Source: Eledone cirrhosa (lineage: Eukaryota). From it: a stretch of DNA of 64,000 nt. The stretch's first letter is position 1, and the number at the start of each line of letters is the position of its first letter. This document shows, one piece after another, positions 28,421 to 43,252 of the stretch. The notes beneath the pieces are model-generated. The model worked only from the letters and a program-made list of their open reading frames with translations, was not told the origin of the DNA and did not search any database. The position numbers and the translations under genes were made by a program. The stretch covers positions 22,816,001 to 22,880,000 of the forward strand of contig OZ024756.1 of NCBI GenBank assembly GCA_964016885.1, given 5' to 3'.

Positions 28421-28604
28421 ATTGTTTCTACTTTTGGCACAAGGCCAGCAATTATTCCAGTGCATTACTGGTACTTTATCGACCCCGTAAGGATGAAAGG
28501 CAAAGTTAACCTCGGCGGGATTTGAACTCAGATCATAAAGGGAGGTAACTCTATGCTTCAAAGCATGGCGTCCGACCCTTACCGATACTGCCAATCCACC
28601 GCCC
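28421..28604 (-). mobile_element. SINE, family B
   Basis: Reverse complement of the 21261-21448 consensus. Confidence 0.85.
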
Positions 28605-28776
28605 TATATATATATAATCCACCGCATTATATATATATATATATAATTCAATATAATAAAGAGAGATAAACACAGATATATACACATCTGTGTTCAGATT
28701 ATAAGGGACCAGATTCATTAGAGTAAATAGTATACTAACTATAAACAAAATAAAGATATGTATGTACATATGTATG

Positions 28777-28894
<118 letters not shown>

Positions 28895-29526
28895 TGTAAA
28901 TAAAGATGTGAGCGTATAGGTATGTACTATACACATACAAACAGATACATACATATATACATGTATATTTATGATTAATTTGATCGCCCCTCAGAGTTAC
29001 AAGTACATGAACTATACGTTCTCATTGGACTTATATTAGGTGACGAAACGAAGCGTTGTATCTGCAATAGTAAAGCTAGATGAATTGAAATTGAGGGAGG
29101 TGGGTCATATATTGAAACATGCTTCAAATGACATCCTTGCTCTCTGAACTGCCTTAATTTACAAGATGGTTACACGACTGGAATGAGTGCTCTCAAGATT
29201 GCGTTACTCATTGCCTCATGCTGAATCTAAATAATTCAAAATATCTCCGTACCGTTTAAACACCCAAGTAAAAGAAAAATATTTGAAAACACGTCGAGAT
29301 AGGAATGGTAAAAATTTGCACTCAGATTTGATTTGTGGCTGAATCAATACTTAGAAAACGAATAATTTTTTTTTTTTTTTTTTAATACTTGATATTTTCA
29401 TCTATTGTCGTGCGAAAACACGTTAATGTTGTCACGGCTTTACCATGTGCAATACGAAACACAAGAAAGAGGAAAAAGTTTTCTAACCAGATTTATTATT
29501 GAGGCGCTTCCTGTATAAAGTATAGA

Positions 29527-29800
29527 GCCGCATGACCTAGTGGTAAGGGTGTTATATGTAGGATCATAATACCATCGGTTCGTTTCCGGGACACGGTGTT
29601 GCGTTGTGTTCATGAGCAAAAGCACTTTATTTTACATTATTCTCCTATACTCAGCTGTGAGAGAGTATCAGCAGTAGCTAGGGAGTTAAACCTGCGATAG
29701 ACCGGTGTCCTATCCAGGGAGAGTCTTATACTCTCAATCAGGTAACGCCAAGGAAATCGGGGATAAGCACCTGTCTGAGGAGCTTTCAACTTAGAGCATT
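29527..29800 (+). mobile_element. tRNA-derived SINE, family A (diverged)
   Basis: A and B boxes plus tgtgttcatgagcaaaagcactttatttta. Confidence 0.65.
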
Positions 29801-29817
29801 AGAGCATACTTTATACT

Positions 29818-30345
29818 GATGTTAACATCAGACTGGGAAAAGCCTGAGGAGCATTGAATGCAATGGAAAAGATATGGAAATCAAACCTGCCGGCCAAAAT
29901 GAAAAGGAATTTCTTCAGAGCTGCTGTGGAATCTGTGCTTGTTTATGGCTCTGTCACTTGGACGCTAACGTCGAACTGGAGAAAAAGCTAGACGGGGCAT
30001 ACACACGTATGCTCCGTGCTGCTTTAAACGTGTCTTGGAAGGAACACCCAACAAATAAGGATCTCTATGGCAATATACTACCTATCAGCAAGTCAATACG
30101 TGGACAGAGACTCGGATTTGCTGGCCACTGTTGGCGCAGCAAGGAAGAAATAGCAGGCGATGTATTGTTATGGAGTCCATCTCATGGAGCAAGAAACGCT
30201 GGTCGTCCCAAGAAGACATACGTCAAGCAACTTGAGGACGATACTGGATGCACTGCGGAAGAACTGGCAAACGCTATGAGTGACAGAGATGGATGCAGGA
30301 AACGTGTCGTAGAAAGCCGAGCAAGCTCGACCTGATGATGATGAT
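29818..30345 (+). pseudogene. RTE-clade LINE 3' end (ORF2 C-terminus plus (TGA)n tail)
   Basis: [37 protein letters not shown], then a frameshift into LDGAYTRMLRAALNVSW..LGFAGHCWR..GRPKKTY. Ends tgatgatgatga. Confidence 0.88.
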
Positions 30346-30902
30346 TATACTGTATAAAGGCTTTGAAATATAGAACCAATTTTTTTAGGGTATATAAAAC
30401 ATGTCGTGTTTCAAATAAATATTCGTAACATGTTGGTAAAATTCGATAATTCAAACTTATTTTTTTTTTGTTACAAATTGCAGAACGCAGAGTTGCACTT
30501 CTTCAAAAGACAAACTACGTGTATTGAATAACTGTATATGGAACAGCCATTTTAATATCTATGACCATCAAATGTGTAATTAGAATCCTTAAAAGCAATC
30601 ATTTAAAATTCCCGGCATGAATAATCTATCACCATGAATGATAACATAGATTTGCAGATATATTGGTGTTTCAAACAACGGATCTAATACGATGAATTTC
30701 TAGTAGATACGTTCATTGATATATAGGAGGGGTCTGTGTGTGTGAGTGAAAATATAGCTACAAAACACTATCTAATCTGCAGTGCTTGTTTCAGCCGAGT
30801 ACATTGAGTGAATACACTACATTACGGTATTAAGTATGTTTTCTTGTCATTCAATATTAATGTCACACCCACACACCCATATATATATATATATATATAT
30901 AT

Positions 30903-31172
30903 ATAAAGAATGAATAATAACAGGTAGACATCATAAAAAGGTAATTTATTCCGTGTGCTTACAAGTGTTTCCACGGTGGTACTGCAGCCTAGTTATGCTA
31001 CGTGCAAATTCACAAGTACTTGCAGAACTCAAATATCCAATGCTGTGACCACAGGATTAGGAACTAAGTTTCTTCAACAATTCTTCCATAACTCGTAGAG
31101 TAACCTCTTACCGTACGTCAACCATATCTAGTGTAGTAATTAACCATTACTACATCTTGGATAATCCTATAC

Positions 31173-31178
<6 letters not shown>
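30903..31178 (-). mobile_element. TA-flanked HHR-family element (core deleted), relative of 43951-44305
   Basis: Both ends match the reverse complement of 43951-43990 and 44157-44305. Confidence 0.7.
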
Positions 31179-31225
<47 letters not shown>

Positions 31226-31273
31226 GTATGTGTGTATTTATACATACATGAATACGCATATGTTTATATGCGA

Positions 31274-31365
<92 letters not shown>

Positions 31366-31407
31366 ATATATGCATACATACATGTATATATATATATATA
31401 CATGTAT

Positions 31408-31454
<47 letters not shown>

Positions 31455-31455
<1 letters not shown>

Positions 31456-31656
31456 GTTATTCCGGGTTGAATCGGAGGTAACCACAGTAAGTAAGGTACT
31501 CAATACATAGCAGAGTATAAAAGTTTTAATATAGATGAGATTCTACAGGACTAGAACTGTTTCATTCATTAGAAATCATCAGGAATCTCTTTGAGATTCC
31601 TGATGATTTCTAATGAATGAAACAGTTCTAGTCCTGTAGAATCTCATCTATATTAA

Positions 31657-31660
<4 letters not shown>
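31455..31660. mobile_element. Fold-back element (68-bp arms, 3-nt loop) with an HHR in each arm
   Basis: 31522-31589 versus 31593-31660. A near-identical copy lies at 35672-35875. Confidence 0.9.
31593..31645 (+). ncRNA. Type I hammerhead ribozyme motif (mirror at 31537-31589 on minus)
   Basis: gagattc CTGATGA tttc taat gaat GAAA cag ttctagtc ctg TA gaatctc. Stem I is 7 bp and stem III is closed. Confidence 0.78.
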
Positions 31661-31702
<42 letters not shown>

Positions 31703-31814
31703 CTGTACTGCAATGTTACTAGGTAGTCGCATTGTATGGAGTCAACCGACGTCGGAGGTTGTTCAACGTATAATAAAATATAATAAAATATGCTTTAAAA
31801 TCCGGAGAAAATAT

Positions 31815-32205
31815 GAAGAAGTTTATGAAACGGAAATGCGGGTATAAAGAATTTACTAGGTAACAATTGTTTCTATAGTGTGTGGGTTACCTATACCTCG
31901 CTATTTGTATAATATAAAAATATTATCATAAATCGTAGGTACACTGTAAGAGAACACACCATGTCGTCATGGTGTGTTACCTATACCTCGCTATTTGTAT
32001 AATATAAAAAATATTATCATAAATCGTAGGTACACTGTAAGAGAACACACCATGTCGTCAGTGTGTTCTCTTACAGTGTACCTACGATTTATGATAATAT
32101 TTTTATATTATACAAATAGCGAGGTATAGGTAACCCACACACTATAGAAACAATTGTTACCTAGTAAATTCTTTATACCCGCATTTCCGTTTCATAAACT
32201 TCTTC
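31815..32205. mobile_element. Fold-back element with internal ~87-bp duplication and long-stem-II HHR on minus (31862-32061)
   Basis: Reverse complement: CTGACGA catggtgtg...cacactata GAAA caattg TT acc. The turn at 32062 lies next to C3. Confidence 0.75.
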
Positions 32206-32771
32206 TTTATATATATATATATATACATGTATATATGCATACATACATATATATACATATATATATATATATATAATGTGCTAATATAGAAGCCCCGCAA
32301 TACAAGTTTTACAATATATATATATGTATATATATATATACGAATACATCAAAACAATACGTTTCCTCGTGATTCTATAAAATTGAATTCACTCTCTACC
32401 TTGATTACTTCAAAGAGATTCGAATCATTTTCGTGCTGTGAGTTAGAAAGATATATCGGCGATTCATTTTTTTTTAATTTCTATACTATCATATTTTAAC
32501 ATGTCATATATATAGACATTGTCTATATCTGAATACAAAATCAATATATATATATATATATACTGAAAGTATTTATCAAAGTGTTCTACTACGAAGCGAA
32601 AATGTGACACCACACACACACAAAATCACACATATACACTAACACACTAACATACTAATGGGTCGTCAAGTATGAAATTTGTATAAATTCATTTTTTTTT
32701 TTTATTACTTGGCTACCCAATAACGTACATCATGTTGAACCTCTGTGTGTTTCCAGATATTTGATCAACGG

Positions 32772-32955
32772 AACATCATCATCATCATCATTTTACGTCC
32801 GCTTTTCCCTGCTTGCAACGGTTGGACAGTTCCTATTCAGCACAGCATCTCTCCACTTGTCACAGTCCTTCGTCATCTTCTCTGTTCTGTGAGTTTCAGC
32901 GATCTGAGATCTGCTCTCACCACCTGCCTCAATGTTTTTCGTGGTCTACCTCTCT
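32772..32955 (-). pseudogene. RTE LINE 3' end with (GAT)n tail
   Basis: The reverse complement reads RGRPRKTLRQVVRADLRSLKL and ends ...cggacgtaaaatgatgatgatg. Confidence 0.75.
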
Positions 32956-33032
32956 CTCTATATATATATATAGGAAAACAGCCAAGACCCTGACGGCTGA
33001 GCTCCGGCCATTTCGACAGCTAGATCCGAACT

Positions 33033-33085
<53 letters not shown>

Positions 33086-34329
33086 TGTGTGTAATCTTTG
33101 TATGTGTCGTTCATATGGCTTCCTGAAACACATTCATACTGATTTGTTTATAAATATTCATTTGGTGTTATCAATTAAATTGCTTCCGGCAACGCAATAC
33201 ATACGATATGTTGGATTAGTGTTCATTTGAAACGGGACACGAAAGTCACCGACAGAAAGAGTTGAAGTCTTTCAGAAACATCTTCAATATCAAACAGATA
33301 TACAACCCAACTCCACCTCCAGAGACTACCTTCATTTCTATAATTATTGGACAAAAAATGTTGTTTGTTTTTGCTGGGTAAAATATAACAAATTATTACT
33401 TGGTATTAAAAAAAATCTTGATACAAAATGGAGAATTATTTTCGCTTTTCTCCTTCTTTAGATTCCTTGATATTTCATTTGAAAATTCTCGTTTGTTTTG
33501 ATCTGGTTTCGTTTGTTGTTGTTTTCGTTTTGTATACGTTTACTTAACATTGTGGGAGAATATCGGCATATAGAATATAAATGATCGAACTGAACTCAAT
33601 ATAATATTAGTTATCACTTTATCGACTAATCAGAATAACGAATGTAAAATCCAAGACAAAATCAATAATGAAGAAAATAGTTTTGATCTTCGTTTTATTT
33701 AATCAGTTATTTTGTTACCATTTGAATTTCGTCTTTTCATAGTTTGTAGGAGCAAATTATCATTTCGCATTATACGATTCATCCTTAAATCTCTAAATTA
33801 CACAACCAAGACATGAAAAAACAAATATAGTCTTAATATGAATTAAACATTTCAATAAAATGTACAATATTTCCAATGAAAGAAAGTGTTTGTGATTTTC
33901 AGCAATTTTGAAAATAATGTTATGGAGAGATTTACCAATAAAACTAAATGTATCGTTAAAGGGTTTGGAACATTTACCAATAAAACTAACTGTATCGTTA
34001 AATTAGGGTTTGAAACATGACAAGTATTACTGCAGAAGATTATGATGGTAGGGTTTTACATAAATGCACACACTTTAAAATAGACAGATGAGGATTGTAG
34101 AATCTGGGGCAATTTCAAGCGGCTTGGTATCAAAACTGTTAAAGTATTGGTGGAAGACATGTTAAAAGGTGTGTTATGGTTCAAATTCTCAGGGTAATGA
34201 GCTGGTGAGAAGAATATGACAAGTATTCTTGCAAAAAATGATGTACACACTTTGAAATAAACATATCAGGATTGCAGAATTTCAAGCAACTTGGTAGAAT
34301 CAATAATCTTAAGAGAAACTGTATAGGTC

Positions 34330-34600
34330 TCCTAAATGAAATATTGAAACCTGAAACTAGGTCTTTATTACTTACCAAAACGAATCACATTATTGCTTAT
34401 CAAAACTTTAAATTGGATCTTCATGGCTTATCAAAGACGAGGTGGATACTGATAACAAATTATATATATATTTCTTCATCACACTTAGTCAGTACCCAAA
34501 TGTTTCTGTCTATGATTAAACACTTTCCGCTATTTAGAACCAAAGTTCGTTTATCATATATTTCAAGTAAGCCTAGAATTGATAAATAGGCGCTGCTTCA
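34330..34600 (+). pseudogene. Possible decayed LINE APE endonuclease N-terminus
   Basis: LDLHGLSKTRW resembles the IDILGLSETRW motif. Confidence 0.4.
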
Positions 34601-34764
34601 GATTACTACAGAGACATTGAGAGCAGAAAGATCAAAACAAATATTGCATTAGATTCAAAGACGGCAAACGATGTACGGTGATGTTAGCGGTTGACAGTTG
34701 TAGTAATGGCGGTAGTGGATGTTTTAAGTATTATAGTTAAGTTGTATATATACATATATATACA

Positions 34765-34867
<103 letters not shown>

Positions 34868-34880
34868 ACATGCATATATG

Positions 34881-34919
<39 letters not shown>

Positions 34920-35135
34920 ATAATAATAAAATCCCGTTAAGGGTGAAAGCAGCGATTCTTTGCTTAAACTTTAATCTGTTATTTTAATAAATATATATAT
35001 ATATGTATACATGCATATATATATATATACATGCATATATGTATGTATATATATACATGCATATATATATACATGCATATATGTATGTATATATATACAT
35101 GCATATATGTATGTATATATATACATGCATATATG

Positions 35136-35180
<45 letters not shown>

Positions 35181-35219
35181 ACATGCATATATATATATAT
35201 ATATATACATGCATATATG

Positions 35220-35290
<71 letters not shown>

Positions 35291-35310
35291 GCATATATAT
35301 ATATACATGC

Positions 35311-35341
<31 letters not shown>

Positions 35342-35360
35342 TACATATAGATATTTATAC

Positions 35361-35391
<31 letters not shown>

Positions 35392-35442
35392 CATATAGAT
35401 ATATATACATATATATATATATGTATATATATATACATATAG

Positions 35443-35511
<69 letters not shown>

Positions 35512-35520
35512 TACATATAG

Positions 35521-35553
<33 letters not shown>

Positions 35554-35560
35554 CATATAG

Positions 35561-35609
<49 letters not shown>

Positions 35610-35626
35610 CATATATATACATATAC

Positions 35627-35671
<45 letters not shown>

Positions 35672-35875
35672 CGTTATTCCGGGTTGAATCGGAGGTAACC
35701 ACAGTAAGTAAGGTACTCAATACATAGCAGAGTATAACAGTTTTAATATAGATGAGATTCTACAGGACTAGAACTGTTTCATTCATTAGAAATCATCAGG
35801 AATCTCAGAGATTCCTGATGATTTCTAATGAATGAAACAGTTCTAGTCCTGTAGAATCTCATCTATATTAAAACT
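35672..35875. mobile_element. Fold-back element (1-nt loop) with HHRs at 35808-35860 (+) and 35754-35806 (-)
   Basis: Same as 31455-31660 except the loop is a instead of ttt and there is one substitution. Confidence 0.9.
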
Positions 35876-35991
35876 ATATATATATATATATATATTTATA
35901 CACATATGTATACATGCATAATATATATATGTATATATATATATATACATATAGATATATATACATATATATATACATATATATATATACA

Positions 35992-36072
<81 letters not shown>

Positions 36073-36147
36073 ATATATGTATATATATATATATATAAAT
36101 ACATGAATGTATGCGTATATATATATATATGCACATACACATTTATG

Positions 36148-36186
<39 letters not shown>

Positions 36187-36530
36187 GTATGTCAGGAGAC
36201 ACCGTTATTGCTGCTGCAGAAGTCATATGAATATACACTCATTTGAATAATTATCGCAACTAATTATGTGAATAGATTTAAATATACAACTTTAATACAA
36301 TTTATCGCTCTATTTGAAGTGGAATCTTCAAACAAAGTAAACAGACTTAATCTGGCCTTCAATATGTCGTAAAATAAACACTCATATAAATATATATATA
36401 TATATATAGATATGTATATACACACATATCTATGTATGTGTATACACACGCATTTTTACATACGTCCATACAAACACACATATCTATACATAGTGTGTCT
36501 TCGACTTCATACATGATACGTACATACATA

Positions 36531-37080
36531 CATGGTGGTGGCTGCCAACTCGTTTTCGAGTACGGCCACTACTTTATATCCATGTAGGAGAACCCCTACC
36601 GATGCGCTGAATGAGTGCGACTTTTTAGTCCAGCCAGCGACTTGAAAACTCTGGTACAAACACTACACCTGTGACAATTACTGACACATAGTCCCATGTG
36701 ATGACAAGTGCAGAGAGATCTCCAGATATAAAGCAATGCCTGTGCCGTGAAGCTTTTATAGTGAGCAAAGGCACTGCACAAAACCAGTCCCACTCTCTTA
36801 AACAAGATGATATTTACCAAAAAGAACAAGTCAACATCATTGGATACCATCAGGGTCGCATGTGTTATATCAGAGTTTTCCTTCTGCTAGAATTCTGCCT
36901 TGACAAAGGCTAAGGGGTCATCTCTCCCGGTGATTTTGGATGGCCATTGACTCTTAATAGCTCCTTTGCCCTTTGACAGGTTTTATTTTTAGTCCTGCAG
37001 GATGTCCAAAGTCACCCTCCTCACCAAGAAACCTTGGTGGGGTTGCCAGTTTAGTCGCCAACGACCCGACCATGAGACAT
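36531..37080 (-). mobile_element. RTE-related non-autonomous retroposon
   Basis: Same family as 11513-12100, with (TACA)n on both sides. Confidence 0.8.
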
Positions 37081-37121
37081 ACATACATACATACATACAT
37101 ACATACATACATACATACATA

Positions 37122-37522
37122 CATGGTGGCTGCCAACTCGTTTTCGAGTACGGCCACTACTTTATATCCATGTAGGAGAACCCCTACCGATGCGGTGAAC
37201 GAATGTGACTTTTTAGTCCTGCCAGCGACTTGAAAACTCTGGTACAAAGACTACACTTGTGACCATTATTGACACATAGTGCAGGGCCCATGGTACCATG
37301 TGATGACAAGTGTAGAGAGATTTCCAGATATAAAGCAATGCCTGTGCTGTGAAGCTTTTATAGTGAGCAAAGGCACTGCACAAAGCCAGTCCCACTCTCT
37401 TAACCAAGATGATATTTACCAAAAAGAAGAACAAGTCAACATCATTGGATACCATCAGGGTTGCAGGTGCAGGTGTTATATCAGAGTTTTCCTTCTCCTA
37501 GAATTCTGCCTTGACAAAGGCT
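37122..37522 (-). mobile_element. RTE-related non-autonomous retroposon (adjacent copy)
   Basis: Same constant end catggtggctgccaactcg, with a different truncation point. Confidence 0.8.
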
Positions 37523-38129
37523 ATACATACATACATACATACATACATACACACACCCACATACATACATAATGGCTGCCCCATCGTTATCGAGTATGGC
37601 CATTGCACGAAAAGAAAAATAATAAATAAATAAATAAAAAAAATAAAATTAATAAAATATATAATATACATATATATTTAGACATACATACATATATACA
37701 TATATACAATATATAAGCATACATATATACATACATGATGGGTGCCCCCTCGTTATCGAGTATGGCCATTGCACGATATAACATTATTAATAATTATTTA
37801 TTAATTCTATCGTGCAATGCTTGTGCGTGAAGATATTTTTTGAAATGAGGAAAAAAGACTGTGCACTGAGCCAATCCCGCTCTCTGAGTGACAGTAGCTA
37901 TAACCCGAAAAGAAGAAAAGATCAACATCATCGGTAACTACTGAGCCGCAGGTTTTATATCGGAGTTATCCCAGTTTCCTGAGTTGCCTTCTCCTAGAAG
38001 AATGCTCTGACAAAGGCTAGGGGTCCTTCACTCCCAGGGGTTTAACTGCGCGATCGGGTGTCCAGCCCCACTATTTCTATGTCCCCGTGCATATACATAC
38101 ATACATAGATACATACAAATCTTCGACCT

Positions 38130-38480
38130 TTGTCTGAGGGGAAAATACGCACATAATAGTGTTAGATTACTAACCCTTTTCGAAATAGGTCCCTGGTGCT
38201 TCCCCACATTTAGTCCATCGATTATTCCACTGTTCAAAGCACGTCTAGTATATTTTCTGGAATAGCCCTGTGCTCTGTGGTACAGGGTTCATATTATGAC
38301 CTCTTCGTGCCAATAACGTGGTGCTTTCAGTGGTATCGTCATTTTTAGGAACATCCAGAAGTCAGATGAATCCTTGTCTCGAGATTAGACAAACTGATGG
38401 CAGAGCAAAATGCTTTCTTTCCCAAGACTAACGATCATCAAACCATTCAATGAAGACATCAAAATTATCGATATATCCCA
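38130..38480 (-). pseudogene. mariner-type DD34D transposase C-terminal relic
   Basis: The reverse complement gives CFEQWNNRWTKCGEAPGTYFE, matching the mariner tail WxxRWxKCVxxxGxYFE. Confidence 0.65.
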
Positions 38481-38722
38481 CAATTAAATTATGGACATAC
38501 ACAAAAATTAATACGCCAAAATTAAATAATCGATAATCAGGTCAGTCAGTAAAATCATAGATGAAAGTGTGTGTGTGTGTGTGTGTAATACATGTATTGA
38601 GAGAGTCAAAGTGCCAGAGAAAGACATGTAAACATACGCATACAAACATAAACATACATACACATGGGGATATAGCTTCGCTCCTGCACACACATATACA
38701 CACATCTGTGTTATCGTATGTA

Positions 38723-38778
<56 letters not shown>

Positions 38779-38814
38779 CACAAACATACACGCTTAAGAA
38801 CACAGAAAATAAAT

Positions 38815-38950
38815 ATTTCTACTTTTTGGCACAAGGCCAGAAATTATCCAGTGCATTACTGGTACTTTATTTTATCGACCCCGTAAGGATGAAAGGCAAA
38901 GGTAACCTCGGCGGGATTTGAACTCAGACCATAAAGGGCCATAACTCTTT
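38815..38950 (-). mobile_element. SINE, family B (5'-truncated)
   Basis: ctggtactttattttatcgaccccgtaaggatgaaaggcaaag...atttgaactcaga. Confidence 0.8.
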
Positions 38951-39116
38951 GCTGCAAATGCAAAACTATAAAGTAGCTGTCACGCATATACACTCACTCT
39001 CTCTCGCTCTATATCTATCTATTTACTCTCTCTCTTTCTGTCTTTACAGTAAACACTATCTAAAATAGTAAATATGTACACATACATAACACACATAAAC
39101 GCAGTCACAAATGCAA

Positions 39117-39199
<83 letters not shown>

Positions 39200-39834
39200 C
39201 GTGTATGTGTGTGTGCGTGTGCGTGTGCGTGTGCGTGTGTGCATAAATCAATAAAAAAGAGACAGAAGTCAGTCGCAGGTATGTTTTTTATTTATTGTTC
39301 GATACACAAACACATATATGTAAATGACTGTAACCTGGACGGATGTTCTTCAAGGATACCTTAAGCGGTGATCACCTACCACAAAAACTAACGGCCATAC
39401 TGCCGAATGTCGCGGCAAGCATCCTTCCAAGGACACATTGAGTTCTAACAACGTTGTCAGGCCCACTCTAACCCTAATATATAAATATAAAGGTAGAACA
39501 AAGAATCGCTGCTTTCACCCTTAACGGGATCTTGTGAAACTAAAAGAAAAAATCAATCTGTGAACGCAGAAGTAAATATTTCGAAAAACGTTACAACCGA
39601 AGGATAATAGGAAGACGATACTTTGGTTCGTGAAGACGTTCCCTGACAATGTCACATGAAATATATAATATATATATTAGAGTGCTGAAGTTTGCTTGAA
39701 GCATTGTTGAATAGGAAACACAAATTTAAATAATTGTGAAAACCAATTTGCTATGGTAAGATGCTTTTGTTATCTTAGCTATTATGATTGTCTTTCTAGT
39801 GCATTGTATGGTTTTCAAAATTATTTATATAGTG

Positions 39835-39905
39835 GGTCGTCAAGTAATAAATTTGTAGAAATTTATAGAAAAGAAATATATTTCTACAAATTTCATACTT
39901 GACGA

Positions 39906-39907
<2 letters not shown>
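39835..39907. mobile_element. Short TIR MITE (Tc1/mariner-like)
   Basis: ggtcgtcaagta..aaatttgtagaaat / atttctacaaatttcatacttgacgacc. Confidence 0.65.
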
Positions 39908-40002
<95 letters not shown>

Positions 40003-40014
40003 GAGAAAGAGAGA

Positions 40015-40079
<65 letters not shown>

Positions 40080-40483
40080 AACGTATATACGTATATACAA
40101 AACTCTAAAGCATTTACAAGCGTTAAACTTATGTAAAATATATTTCATCATTTTACTGAATTGTTTTTCCGTATTGCCTTCATATGTCACATGAAACATA
40201 TAATATACATTTTGATACATGCTTTTAGTTGTTAGAATGATATTTATTCAGGTATAATCTACATTTACATCGACAATTTATTTCTAAGAATGTTTCACAA
40301 TACAGACATTCATTAATCTCACAATAAACATAAATTCATAAATCCATATATCAGTGGTTTTCAACCCTTTGTGTACCATCTCCCATCCCAACATCTCAAA
40401 AATTGTTATTGCTCTCCTCCCCAAAAAGCAATTTATATTAAAACAACAATGATCAACTATAAAGTATAAACAAATTGATGTAA

Positions 40484-41890
40484 ATGTGGTGCCAGATACA
40501 CAGTAACATGAGTTTCTGACAGCAATGTGTACCATATAGGTGGTGCCAGATACCCAATAACATGTGTGGAGGAGGTGAGACAGGAGTTTCTGACAGCAAT
40601 GTGTACCATATAGGTGGTACCAGATACACAGTAACATGTGTGTGGAGGAGGTGAGACAGGAGTTTCTGACAGCAATGTGTACCATATAGGTGGTGCCAGA
40701 TACTCAATAACATGTGTGGAGGAGGAGGTGAGACAGGAGTTTCTGACAGTAATATGTACCATATAGGTGGTGCCAGATACTCAATAACATGTGTGTGGAG
40801 GAGGTGAGACAGGAGTTTCTGACAGCAATGTGTACCATATAGGTGGTGCCAGATACTCAATAACATGTGTGGAGGAGGAGGTGAGACAGGAGTTTCTGAC
40901 AGTAATATGTACCATATAGGTGGTGCCAGATACTCAATAACATGTGTGTGGAGGAGGTGAGACAGGAGTTTCTGACAGTAATGTGTACCATATAGGTGGT
41001 GCCAGATACCCAATAACATGTGTGGAGGAGGTGAGACAGGAGTTTCTGACAGCAATGTGTACCATATAGGTGGTACCAGATACACAGTAACATGTGTGTG
41101 GAGGAGGTGAGACAGGAGTTTCTGACAGCAATGTGTACCATATAGGTGGTGCCAGATACTCAATAACATGTGTGGAGGAGGAGGTGAGACAGGAGTTTCT
41201 GACAGTAATATGTACCATATAGGTGGTGCCAGATACTCAATAACATGTGTGTGGAGGAGGTGAGACAGGAGTTTCTGACAGCAATGTGTACCATATAGGT
41301 GGTGCCAGATACACAGTAACATGTGTGAAGGAGGAGGTGAGACAGGAGTTTCTGACAGCAATGTGTACCATATAGGTGGTGCCAGATACACAGTAACATG
41401 TGTGTGGAGGAGGTGAGACAGGAGTTTCTGACAGTAATGTGTACCATATAGGTGGTACCAGATACTCAGTAACATGTGTGGAGGAGGTGAGACAGGAGTT
41501 TCTGACAGTAATGTGTACCATATTGGTGGTGCCAGATACACAGTAACATGTGTGGAGGAGGTGAGACAGGAGTTTCTGACAGTAATGTGTACCATATAGG
41601 TTGTACCAGATACACAGTAACATGTGTGGAGGAGGTGAGACAGGAGTTTCTGACAGTAATGTGTACCATATAGGTTGTACCAGATACACAGTAACATGTG
41701 TGGAGGAGGTGAGACAGGAGTTTCTGACAGTAATGTGTACCATATAGGTTGTACCAGATACTCAATAACATGTGTGGAGGAGGTGAGGCAGGAGTTTCTG
41801 ACAGTAATGTGTACCATATAGGTTGTACCAGATACTCAATAACATGTGTGGAGGAGGTGAGGCAGGAGTTTCTGACAGTAATATGTATTA
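40484..41890. repeat. 74-77-bp minisatellite, about 19 copies
   Basis: Unit ggtggtgccagatac(a/t)ca(g/a)taacatgtgtggaggaggtgagacaggagtttctgacag(c/t)aatgtgtaccatata, with no unique spacers. Confidence 0.95.
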
Positions 41891-42039
41891 AAGTTGTCCT
41901 ACTGTCAAAGTAATAAGATAAAACCTGAAATTTGTTCTCATTAACACCATTATGAAATGACGCCTATAAATATTTAAATCGCGTGCGGTGTGCGCCTCAC
42001 TTGAAAGTCACTGAAATAGATAATGTTTTGTAATTTAGG

Positions 42040-42470
42040 CACAACTTCATCACGTTTGAAAGAGGGTAAAATTGATGAAAACGACCACAGTGTATTACTG
42101 GTATTTTATTTTATTTTACGCGGTATGGATGAAAAGCACAGCTAACTACGCCTGCATTTGAGCTTAGAACATAAAAGGACTTAACTATATGCCGCAAAAG
42201 TATGTTGTCCGACACTCTACCGATTCTGCCAATCCACCGCCTTTAAATCCATATAGATAAGGGTTTATAATTTACGTAAATGGTCAGCAATTTGTAGGAA
42301 TGGAAACCCGAATACGTGGACCCCAGAACATGGCTGTTACATTATTTTATCGATCCGGGAAGAATGAAAGATACAGTTGACTACCGTTTCTTATGAACTC
42401 AGAAGGTAAAGTCCTGTAACAAATGTCTTCAAAGAATATTTGTCCGATGCCCTACTGATTCTGCCTATCC
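42040..42470 (-). mobile_element. Two old SINE family B copies
   Basis: Diverged tactggtattttattt...ctgccaatccaccgcc, twice. Confidence 0.6.
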
Positions 42471-42719
42471 AGAAAAATTAGAATATGACTATTACTATGG
42501 TACTACTAATGTTAACAAAGGCATATTACATGTCTGTGTTGTAAGTTATTAAATCATAAGTTACGAATGATTAATTGAGTGGAAGATATATAATAGAGAA
42601 AAAGACAGTGCTAGAGAATAAAGAAGGAGGAAACAAAGAACTGAAATGACATATTACATGTTTTACATGAGTTATGATAGAAAAGAAGCACATACGTATA
42701 TAAGATCGTATCCACACAT

Positions 42720-42814
<95 letters not shown>

Positions 42815-43252
42815 TACACACAAACATCTCATAGAGTCAAAACTATAGATATGCGTTAACTAAGATTATATTTTTAGAGTCCAATGTTTATAATATTTTG
42901 CATTCCACCTACTATGGCGTATAATATGTGTGTGTGGGGGGGGGGGGGGTATGTGGGGGGGTGTTTATATGCTAAGTATTTCCTAAGAGAAAGCAAAGGA
43001 AAAAAGAGTGCTCTATGTATAAAACAGAGCTATTTAATTAGAAACGATGAGCGAACTAAACGTATGATAATATTGTCTAGGGTCCAGAAACCTTTGGTAA
43101 TGGAGTAGTTATATATTGTGTACTTTACTTTCTAATTATATATATATATATCTAAGGAGTGTAACTTGGAGTTACTGTAGGTTCACCTAGGTGAGCACTC
43201 TATGTTTAGGTTCACTTCGGTGTCGAGGTGTAGAGCTAGACAGAGTGAAATT

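Noticed and set aside
40453-41817. 454-aa ORF, or a CRISPR-like array
   Set aside because: It is a pure 74-77-bp tandem repeat with no unique spacers, no cas genes and a eukaryotic context.
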